Virus record (IMG/VR): IMGVR_UViG_3300044759_000027
From: a virus
Length of the DNA stretch: 24,424 bases
Strand: one strand, 5' to 3'
A program made the translations under genes and the position numbers. Below the pieces are notes generated by a model. That model was not told the origin of the DNA. It saw nothing but the letters and a program-made list of their open reading frames with translations, and did no database searches. How positions within the stretch are numbered: the stretch's first letter is position 1; the number at the start of each line of letters is the position of its first letter. Below, piece after piece: positions 1 through 6,507 of this stretch.

Positions 1-127
1 GACGGCCGCGGCCGCCTGCGTCTTCTCGAGGGCCCGCAGGCGCGTCAAGTGCGCGTCGGTGCTCTTGACCTCGAGCTCAAGCCCGTCGTACTCCTCGCTC
101 TGCTCGGCGTCGAGCGTCGCGCCGGCG
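1..127. repeat. Terminal overlap, identical to 24298..24424 (circular-assembly overlap)
   Basis: Compared both copies directly: both begin gacggccgcggccgcctgcg and end gagcgtcgcgccggcg. The repeat lies inside an ORF. Confidence 0.95.
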
Positions 128-768
128 TCGCCGGCGTTCGTCATCAGCTCCACCATGCGCGCGGCCAGGGCGGCGCGCTTGTTTTCCCATTGCGTGATCT
201 GTTCGGTCGTGGTCGGTTTCATGGTCGATCGGGTTCCTACCCGGACAAGCGGCAGGCCCGAGACGCCGGGCGGGGTGAGGCCAGACGCGGCCAGGTGCGG
301 CGCGTCGTACGACTTGATCGTGTGGATCGTCGTCTCGACATTCGCCGGCACGGTCACGAGCGACAGCTCGCAAATTTCGGTCTTGAGGAGGTGCATCCCG
401 CCCGACTTCAGGAAGGCGACGCCGTCGGCGAGCGGGCGGAACCCGATCGACACGCCCGTGATCAGGCCGGCCTTGATCGAATGCCACGCCTCATTGACGC
501 GGTCGCGGACCAGTCCCGGCTCGGCGATCTCCGGCAGCTGCGCTTCGAACGCGATGCCGTCGCGCGTCGCCGTTAGCGTGACGCGGCCGACCGGACGTTC
601 GCGGTCGTGATGCAGCAGGAGCGGGAGGGGATTGGTGAAGGTCGCGCCGAGCGGCTCGAGGATGTCGCCGCGGCGGTCGGGGGTCGGCGTCGACGCCAGG
701 CCGGAAAAGGAGCGGCGCTCCCCGTCGAAGGCCTTTACCGACAGCAGCGCGTACGCGCGATCGAGCAC
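1..768 (-). CDS. HK97-family (S78-like) prohead protease domain running in frame into the capsid-protein N-terminal delta domain; 5-prime part of ORF join(23176..24297,1..768)
   Basis: My hand translation of the minus frame (not in the ORF track because it runs off the window edge): VLDRAYALLSVKAFDGERRSFSGLASTPTPDRRGDILEPLGATF..LLLHHDRERPVG..GVSIGF..CELSLVTVPAN..GTRSTMKPTTTEQITQWENKRAALAARMVELM. No stop between 801 and 1. The frame is continuous with 23176..24345 across the junction. The GTG start at 768 is a guess with no good SD. Confidence 0.8.
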   Translation of the reverse strand, partial: MLDRAYALLSVKAFDGERRSFSGLASTPTPDRRGDILEPLGATFTNPLPLLLHHDRERPVGRVTLTATRDGIAFEAQLPEIAEPGLVRDRVNEAWHSIKAGLITGVSIGFRPLADGVAFLKSGGMHLLKTEICELSLVTVPANVETTIHTIKSYDAPHLAASGLTPPGVSGLPLVRVGTRSTMKPTTTEQITQWENKRAALAARMVELMTNAGDAGATLDAEQSEEYDGLELEVKSTDAHLTRLRALEKTQAAAAV

Positions 769-801
769 GCCGGGCAGCGTAGCGGCCGGGCCGGCGCGCG
801 C

Positions 802-1002
802 CTATTTACGCGCGACAGATTGTCGCTTCGTGTCGGTCGGTGTCGGGCGCAGTCGGTCGCGGATGAATTCCGACAGACTCATGCGGGCATCACGGGCGCG
901 GGCGTACAGCTCGTCGTACTTTTTCGCCGGCAGCCGGAACCCCATGCGGACCGATGTCGGATCGTCGGCGTCGAGCGGCGGGCGGCCAGGGCGGCGCATC
1001 AT
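802..1002 (-). CDS. Ribbon-helix-helix (CopG/Arc-like) DNA-binding protein, 66 aa
   Basis: GRPPLD..TSVRMGFRLPAKKYDELYARARDARMSLSEFIRDRL is a typical RHH strand-helix-helix pattern. Its ATG overlaps the TerL stop (ATGA at 999-1002). Confidence 0.6.
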   Translation of the reverse strand: MMRRPGRPPLDADDPTSVRMGFRLPAKKYDELYARARDARMSLSEFIRDRLRPTPTDTKRQSVARK

Positions 1003-2564
1003 GTCGGACCTCCGAAGATGTAGAGCTCAATGTCTTCCGGCGGGGGCGTCGCGTCGCGGTGCATCGCGTCGAGCGCCATCACCAGCGCATACACGCCGTC
1101 GATCCGCTCGGTCGATTTCGCCTTGCTCGGTTGGATGTTGCCGGCGTTGTCGGTGTCGACCGACGCATTCTGGATGTTCCACCGCAGGATGGGGTGCCCG
1201 TCGTGGCGGATCGTCTTGTCGAGGATCGCCATTTCAAGCGCCTTCGACGGCGCCGAGAGCGAGGCCTTGCCCTGGCGCATCTTCACGCAGGTGAACCCGT
1301 CGATCTTCTCGAGCCTGCTGACCAAATCGGTCGCGTTCCACGGATCGAACGCGACCATGCGGACCTGGTAGGTGTCCTGCCATTCGAGCAGGTGCGCGCG
1401 CACGAGCTCGTAGTCGACCCGGCGGCCCGGCGTCGCCGTCAGGAACCCGCGGCGCGCCCATTCGTCATAGGGCACGCGGTCCCGGGTGCCGCGTTGTTGG
1501 ATGCTCTCGGCGGGGCAGAAGAACTGCGGCAGGACCGTACAGCCGGGACCGTCGTCGTCGGGGAAGACGGCGACCGCGGCCGTCAGGTCGGTCGTGGTCG
1601 AGAGGTCCAGGCCGACATAGCAGCGCCGGCCGGCGAGCGTCGCCAGATCGATCGGCGCCTGGCAGGCGTCCCAGGCGTCGAGCGCAATCCAGCGCGCGTC
1701 CTGTTCGGTCCACTGGTTGAGATAGAGCCGGCGGAACATGTTTTCCTGCGCGGGGATTTCCTGGGCGCGCGCGCAGGCGACGCGCATCTCCTCGAGCGAT
1801 CGAAAGTCCCCGAGCGCGGGGTTTGCCTTGCGCCACGTCGCCTCGTCGCGCCAGTCGGCCTCGGCCGGCGCTTCCCAGATCACCGGGAGGAAGGTCGGGT
1901 CAATCGACGGGTCCTCGAGGACGCGCTTGCCGTGCGCGTAGAGCTCCCAGAGAATCGAATGCCGATCGTAGCCGGCGGTGGAGATCGCAATCACGAGCGG
2001 TTGCGCGCGCGCGCCGGTGCTCGACGCGAGCACGTCCCAGAGGTCGCGCGTCGGCGCCGCGTGGAGCTCGTCATAGATCACTCTTGAGGCGTTTAGCCCA
2101 TGTTTGCTATAGGCCTCGGCACTGATCGCGCGGTAGACGCTGCCCGTCTTGCGATGCACGATCCGTTTTTGCGAGTCGATGATTTCACACGCGGCGTAGA
2201 GCTCGGGGTCGTTGCGGATCATCTGCGCGGCGACGTTGAAGCACAGCGCCGCCTGGTCTTTGTCGTTCGCGGCCGAGTAGACCTCGGCGCCGATTTCGTT
2301 GTCGAGCATCAGGCCGTCGATCGCGAGCGCCGCGCAGAGCTCCGTCTTACCGTTCTTACGCGGCATCATCAGCAGACAGGTGCGGTACTGGCGAAGCCCG
2401 GTTTTCTTATTGATCGAGAACAGTGGACGGATGATCTGTTTTTCTTGCCACGGTCGCAGTTTGAACGGTTGCCCGGCAAAGGGGCCCTTCGTGTGCGTCA
2501 GTTGATTAATCAGACGCACTTTCTGCGACGGGATGGACTCGCGCCGCGTGACCTGATCTGTCAC
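999..2564 (-). CDS. terL: Terminase large subunit (Terminase_1-like)
   Basis: 521 aa. FAGQPFKLRPWQ, Walker-A-like PRKNGKTEL, GAEVYSAANDKDQA, and a C-terminal nuclease-like region. GTG start preceded by AAGGGGA, with an in-frame TAA 4 codons upstream. Confidence 0.92.
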   Translation of the reverse strand: MTDQVTRRESIPSQKVRLINQLTHTKGPFAGQPFKLRPWQEKQIIRPLFSINKKTGLRQYRTCLLMMPRKNGKTELCAALAIDGLMLDNEIGAEVYSAANDKDQAALCFNVAAQMIRNDPELYAACEIIDSQKRIVHRKTGSVYRAISAEAYSKHGLNASRVIYDELHAAPTRDLWDVLASSTGARAQPLVIAISTAGYDRHSILWELYAHGKRVLEDPSIDPTFLPVIWEAPAEADWRDEATWRKANPALGDFRSLEEMRVACARAQEIPAQENMFRRLYLNQWTEQDARWIALDAWDACQAPIDLATLAGRRCYVGLDLSTTTDLTAAVAVFPDDDGPGCTVLPQFFCPAESIQQRGTRDRVPYDEWARRGFLTATPGRRVDYELVRAHLLEWQDTYQVRMVAFDPWNATDLVSRLEKIDGFTCVKMRQGKASLSAPSKALEMAILDKTIRHDGHPILRWNIQNASVDTDNAGNIQPSKAKSTERIDGVYALVMALDAMHRDATPPPEDIELYIFGGPT

Positions 2565-2700
2565 GGAGTCCCCTTACGGCGCCGGCCTCGAATACGCGCG
2601 CGATGAAGCGGGCGATAACGAAACCGTCTACCGTGAGCGACGAGTAGCGCCATCGCGTAACGCACAAAGGGCAACCCGAGCGGGACGTCCGGGCGGCGCT

Positions 2701-3192
2701 TCACAGGTGACCGCCCCATTTACTCGCGGGTTCGGGGGCCCGGGCGGCCGGCAGGCGCGCGACCTTGGCGCGGCCCGACGGGGTCAGGCCGAGCTCGGTC
2801 CAGAGGCGCTGACAATGCACCAGGGCGCCGTCAGCGATCGCGATGAACGGGGAGGGGCGCACGATGCCGTTGACGTCCGCGGTCATGCCGTGGCGCTGCA
2901 GTTGCCAGCGCGCGGCGAGATACGTACTCCACTGCTGGCAGAGCGCGACGACCGCGCCGCGTTCGGCCTGGCTGATGAGCCCACACGCGCGCAGCAGGGG
3001 CGCGACCCGGCGCCATTCGGCCTGGGCGCGGCGGTCGCCGGCGAGCTCCCGCGGCGGGGTGTCGAAGCTGGCGTCGAGCCCCGGCGGCGCCGGCTCGAGC
3101 TCGGGCGACAGGCGCCGTTTCCCCGGGTTGCCCCGGAGGATCTTTAGCGCCGTCGGTTGCTTGCGCCGGCCGCTGTTCCAGTTCCCGCCCAT
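2701..3192 (-). CDS. terS: Terminase small subunit, P27 family
   Basis: 163 aa. The GGNWNSGRRKQPTALKILRGNPGKRRL N-terminus and ..LWTELGLTPSGRAKV C-terminus are characteristic of P27-type TerS. Confidence 0.85.
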   Translation of the reverse strand: MGGNWNSGRRKQPTALKILRGNPGKRRLSPELEPAPPGLDASFDTPPRELAGDRRAQAEWRRVAPLLRACGLISQAERGAVVALCQQWSTYLAARWQLQRHGMTADVNGIVRPSPFIAIADGALVHCQRLWTELGLTPSGRAKVARLPAARAPEPASKWGGHL

Positions 3193-3353
3193 CGATCACC
3201 CCGTCGAGACGCCGGCGGGTTCCCCGTGGAACACGCCGGCCGTGGCCGGCTCACCCCGCGGCGACGCTGGCGCGACTCGCCCTCGTCGTCCTCGTCATCT
3301 TCCGCAATCTGGTCGACGTCGACATCGGGGGCCAGGTCGTCGGTTTCGTCCAT
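3144..3353 (-). CDS. Possible small highly acidic protein overlapping the terS start
   Basis: MDETDDLAPDVDVDQIAEDDEDDEGES. GC-rich third positions up to about the terS ATG, poor afterwards. Weak RBS. Confidence 0.3.
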   Translation of the reverse strand: MDETDDLAPDVDVDQIAEDDEDDEGESRQRRRGVSRPRPACSTGNPPASRRGDRWAGTGTAAGASNRRR

Positions 3354-3390
3354 ATTGCGCCTTGTTTGTGGCGTGTCTGATAAGAGGGGT

Positions 3391-3657
3391 TCAGTTCGGC
3401 CTCTCGTCGCCGCGAGGCACAGAAATCACCTCGGTGTCGGGACCGATCAGGGAGCGCAGCGTGCGAGTTAGTTCGCCCTCGTCCGCGCCGTAGAACACCG
3501 TGACCGCGCCCAGTCGATCCTCCGGCGCCATCTTGACCGTGCCGATGTCGAAGTAGATGGGGTCACCGGCCTTGAGCCGCCGGATGTTGGCGTCGGACAG
3601 ACCGAGCACCAGCGCGATCCGGCCGTCCTTGAGTACCGCCTTCGCTTTAACCATCAT
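3391..3657 (-). CDS. Hypothetical protein, 88 aa
   Basis: Trimmed from track ORF 3391..3732 to the ATGATG at 3657, which is preceded by GGAGG. Good coding composition. Confidence 0.6.
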   Translation of the reverse strand: MMVKAKAVLKDGRIALVLGLSDANIRRLKAGDPIYFDIGTVKMAPEDRLGAVTVFYGADEGELTRTLRSLIGPDTEVISVPRGDERPN

Positions 3658-3894
3658 GCCTCCGTTCGCGCGCCGAGGAAACCTTCTGTGCTCATAGGCT
3701 CGTAGCAATCGGCGCAGCCAGCCTTGCCGCATCCATACTCGACGCCGACGCGGCGCTTGAACCCTTCCGGCACCGGACCGCTGGCCCGGAGAGCCGGAGT
3801 CAGGTTCGGCCTGACGGCGGAGGCGACCGATGAGGTCTTCCTGATGCCAGCGGGTCTGGATGCTGAACTACGTCATGCGGCCCGCTCAGCCCAC

Positions 3895-3927
3895 GCCCTC
3901 GAAGATCCCAAGACGAACTTCGAGGGC
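3895..3927. terminator. 10-bp perfect hairpin (gccctcgaag / cttcgagggc, 13-nt loop) in a 278-bp noncoding stretch
   Basis: The arms are exact reverse complements. There is no U-tract, so terminator function is uncertain. Confidence 0.3.
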
Positions 3928-4010
3928 GGTAAAGAACAGCAGGCTGGATGGCAAGTTCGAGGTTAACCGATTAGATTATGGCACCCAGATCCTCTTAGAT
4001 TGAGCCTTTA

Positions 4011-4277
4011 TCAGCTGTCGATGCCGTCAATCCACCACATGTGGCCCCGCGCGCAGCGGAACTGATAATCCTCGTAAGCCCCGTCCGATGATTCCCAACT
4101 TCGATACTGAACAGCAGCCCCGCACACCATCTGCACATGACCTTCGTCGCGCAGCATGTGCACCGTCATGACGGGTTCGGTGACGCCGATGTCGATCATG
4201 CGCTTGCACGTATCAGGGTGGTCTTTCCACGGCGCGAATTCGCCTTCTGAATCCGCGAACTGTCTGGACGTCGTCAT
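4011..4277 (-). CDS. Hypothetical protein, 88 aa, lower GC than its surroundings (moron-like)
   Basis: ATG preceded by GGGAGG. Cys/His-containing (C..H..C..C..H). About 55-62% GC in the four 60-nt lines I counted. Confidence 0.65.
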   Translation of the reverse strand: MTTSRQFADSEGEFAPWKDHPDTCKRMIDIGVTEPVMTVHMLRDEGHVQMVCGAAVQYRSWESSDGAYEDYQFRCARGHMWWIDGIDS

Positions 4278-4367
4278 TTAGCCTCCCAAATTCCGCGAAA
4301 ATGCGGCTGGCACCCGGCACGGCTCTGAGGGGTGAGCGACCGCGCGCGCGGACCCTCCCCCCCGGGG

Positions 4368-4592
4368 TCAAGATTTCTTCTTCAGCTCGAACCAGTTCGC
4401 AGCTGCTGGCTCCGTCGTCTTGAGCCACATCATCATCGCTTTGTAGCAGTCATCGCAGACCTCGGCCATTGTGGGGTCCTGGGTGCGGTCCTTGCCGAAT
4501 ACCGCACGCGATTCCGTAGCGGCTTCAGCGTCCGACCACCCTTTATCGAAGGTGCCGCCGCACGCATCACAAGTGAACTGAACGCCCATCAC
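4368..4592 (-). CDS. Small zinc-ribbon-like protein, 74 aa
   Basis: CDAC...CDDC pairs (CxxC x2). The start overlaps the HNH stop. Confidence 0.6.
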   Translation of the reverse strand: MMGVQFTCDACGGTFDKGWSDAEAATESRAVFGKDRTQDPTMAEVCDDCYKAMMMWLKTTEPAAANWFELKKKS

Positions 4593-4915
4593 TCACCTCG
4601 CGACGTCTTCACCGTATGGCAGCGCTTACACAAGCCCTGCAGGTTCGCTCGTTCCCAGAAAATTTCGGGAACGCCGTCGTGCTTCCGGATGTGGTCCACG
4701 TCCACAGCCAGCGCCTTCACACCACGATCACGGCACGCCCGACAGAAGGGGCCATCCGTGAGCACGGCGGCCCTGAGACGCTGCCAGCGGGTCGAGCAGT
4801 ACCAGCGATGCACCTGCCGATAGTCCAGCTGGACCAGCCGGACGCGGGGCGCATGCGCCGCACACTTCCCGCTCGAGACCAGGACACCGCAGTTAGGCTC
4901 GCCGCAGAACTGCAT
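4589..4915 (-). CDS. HNH endonuclease (phage packaging-associated type)
   Basis: CGEPNCGVLVSSGKCAAH .. PFCRAC .. VDVDHIRKHDG .. NLQGLCKRCHTVKT is the classic HNH/zinc-finger signature. Confidence 0.88.
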   Translation of the reverse strand: MQFCGEPNCGVLVSSGKCAAHAPRVRLVQLDYRQVHRWYCSTRWQRLRAAVLTDGPFCRACRDRGVKALAVDVDHIRKHDGVPEIFWERANLQGLCKRCHTVKTSRGE

Positions 4916-5241
4916 TACGGCACCGCCGCGAACCCGACGGTGACCACCTTGGACCCGTCGGCAATGCGATAGATTTCTTTCACCTTCATCACCGCTTCGT
5001 GCGAGGCGCCGGCGCGTTCGATCCAGCCCTGTAACATCGACGTGTTGACGTGCAGCAAATCGCCCGACCGGACAACTTCGGCGCGCGGGTCGTGGCGGCG
5101 CGGCTCGAGTTCGAGCGCGGCCCGCGTCCGCAACTGCCGCGCGCGATCGAGCTCGGCGATCTCCGCCTCGATATGTTCAGTCAGGTGCGCGATGTAGCGA
5201 TCGAGCGCCCGTTCAATCGTGGTCATTTCCTCGTCCGTCAT
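4915..5241 (-). CDS. Hypothetical protein, 108 aa (N-terminal coiled-coil-like)
   Basis: Trimmed to the ATG at 5241, which overlaps the upstream stop (ATGA). MTDEEMTTIERALDRYIAHLTEHIEAEIAELD. Confidence 0.55.
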   Translation of the reverse strand: MTDEEMTTIERALDRYIAHLTEHIEAEIAELDRARQLRTRAALELEPRRHDPRAEVVRSGDLLHVNTSMLQGWIERAGASHEAVMKVKEIYRIADGSKVVTVGFAAVP

Positions 5242-5411
5242 AGCCGCTCTTTTCCCGTCCGCGTCGTTGAGACATCCCAGCCCTTGGTGCAATGCCCACA
5301 GACGACGCACTCCTGATAGATCCGCGAGGCCGTGCGCGCCGTGTAGTACTCGTGGTGCCCATTCGCGATCAGACACCACAGCTCGCGCAGGCCGCGGCGC
5401 AGCCAGCTCAC
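5238..5411 (-). CDS. Small Cys/His zinc-finger-like prophage protein, 57 aa
   Basis: GTG at 5411 overlaps the upstream stop (GTGA). LIANGHHEY...CVVCGHC motif. Confidence 0.45.
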   Translation of the reverse strand: MSWLRRGLRELWCLIANGHHEYYTARTASRIYQECVVCGHCTKGWDVSTTRTGKERL

Positions 5412-5503
5412 CGGCCGTCGACTCCGACGGTCCACCACAGCACGAGCAGCAGGACCGCCAGGACAAGGCCGAACACGAGCAGGACGAGCGCCAGGGCCTT
5501 CAT
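5408..5503 (-). CDS. 31-aa single-pass membrane peptide
   Basis: MKALALVLLVFGLVLAVLLLVLWWTVGVDGR. The ATG overlaps the upstream stop (ATGA at 5500-5503). Below the ORF-track size cut-off as a stand-alone ORF. Confidence 0.45.
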   Translation of the reverse strand: MKALALVLLVFGLVLAVLLLVLWWTVGVDGR

Positions 5504-5874
5504 TTGGGTGGCCGCGCCGCGGGGTGCGTCCGATAGTAGGCCTCCGCGTCCTCGAGAAATTCCCGGCGCTTCCGTTCCCGGATGCGGGCGACGTGTTCGA
5601 GTTCGGCCGGCGTCGGCGCGGGGCGGGCCTGCGGCACGTCGTCGGCCCAGCGTTCCTGGTGCAACCAGGTCGAGGCGTTCGGAATGACCCCACGCTGCCA
5701 TTGTGGGGTGGCTTTCTGCGCCGCCAGCGCCGCCAGCATGACCGGCAGCGTCGTTTTTTTGATCGCCTTCGTGAACGCGCGACTCGCCGAGAGCTTCGCG
5801 ACGTGCCGGGGATACGCCAGCCAGAAGCGATCGAAGGCCGCGTATTCGTCCGCCAGGTCGGCGCGTTCGGACAT
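5500..5874 (-). CDS. Conserved phage protein with an FW..YP...K / TWL..ERW.DD signature; function unknown (this family often sits in replication modules)
   Basis: FDRFWLAYPRHVAKLSASRAF ... IPNASTWLHQERWADD. Confidence 0.6.
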   Translation of the reverse strand: MSERADLADEYAAFDRFWLAYPRHVAKLSASRAFTKAIKKTTLPVMLAALAAQKATPQWQRGVIPNASTWLHQERWADDVPQARPAPTPAELEHVARIRERKRREFLEDAEAYYRTHPAARPPK

Positions 5875-5904
5875 AGTTCACCCTATTTTTTCTTTTAAGA
5901 GCAT

Positions 5905-6067
5905 GACGGGACTTAATTACCCAGATACGGACGCACTAAATTGCGCCAATCAGGGCCAAGTCCCGTCTGCTACACGACGCATCTGGTCGGGGCGACATAA
6001 GTCCCGGTGAACGTCGAACTCCCCACTGTGCGGTCTGTCCCGCCGTCGCGGATCTCTTCCCGCCGTC
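5905..6067. promoter_or_regulatory. Iteron-like repeat cluster in a 236-bp intergenic region (candidate origin or operator array)
   Basis: gacgggactt (5905-5914) is the reverse complement of aagtcccgtc (5958-5967). A third copy, aagtcccgg, is at 5999-6007. Direct repeat tcccgccgtc at 6038-6047 and 6058-6067. AT-rich flank at 5881-5945. Confidence 0.4.
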
Positions 6068-6110
6068 AAGAGCGCTCTGGGTGCTCTGCCCCTGTGCCTT
6101 GTGAGGCGTG

Positions 6111-6311
6111 TTACGAATCCTTCGGTGGCGCGTCCGCTTCATCCGCCGCGCGGGCCTCGTCGTAGGCGCGGGCGTCTCGAGCCACGCGCCGGGCGTGCTG
6201 CGTGTCCCGGTGGCGCCGGGTGGCGTCGGGATACAGCTTGGCAAAGCAGCGCGGGCACAGCGTCCAATGCGCCGGCGCCTGGCAGACGCGACAGATCCCC
6301 GGCGTGATCAT
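6111..6311 (-). CDS. Small zinc-ribbon protein, 66 aa
   Basis: CRVC...CPRC. The ATG at 6311 overlaps the upstream stop (ATGA). Confidence 0.55.
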   Translation of the reverse strand: MITPGICRVCQAPAHWTLCPRCFAKLYPDATRRHRDTQHARRVARDARAYDEARAADEADAPPKDS

Positions 6312-6505
6312 GGCTGCACCCGTTCGCGCTTCAGCCGCGCCAGGTCGCAATACTCCGCGCAGTACTCCGGCCACGTCGCGAGGATCTTCGCGCGGTTAAT
6401 CACGTCGGCGCGCATCCACAACATACCGAGACACTGGACGAACGAGCCGCCGTACCGCTGCATCGCTTCGGCCATCTCAAAATCCGTCACGGGATCGGGC
6501 GCCAT
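6308..6505 (-). CDS. Hypothetical protein, 65 aa
   Basis: Trimmed to the ATG at 6505, 2 nt after the RecT stop. MAEAMQRYGGSFVQCLGMLWMRADVINRAKI. Confidence 0.55.
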   Translation of the reverse strand: MAPDPVTDFEMAEAMQRYGGSFVQCLGMLWMRADVINRAKILATWPEYCAEYCDLARLKRERVQP

Positions 6506-6507
6506 GG

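Noticed and set aside
1-127. Terminal direct repeat as a biological DTR, LTR or att duplication
   Set aside because: It lies inside a coding frame that reads through the junction, and its length equals a common assembler k-mer. It is best explained as a circular-assembly overlap.
954-2087. 377-aa plus-strand ORF
   Set aside because: It is antisense to the well-supported terL gene. It is Arg/Gly/Pro-rich with no motifs, which is typical of shadow ORFs in high-GC DNA.
3724-3966. 80-aa plus-strand ORF in the noncoding gap
   Set aside because: It starts at a non-ATG codon with no RBS, has mixed composition, and lies opposite to every neighbouring gene. I cannot fully exclude a roughly 40-aa peptide starting at MPAGLDAEL.
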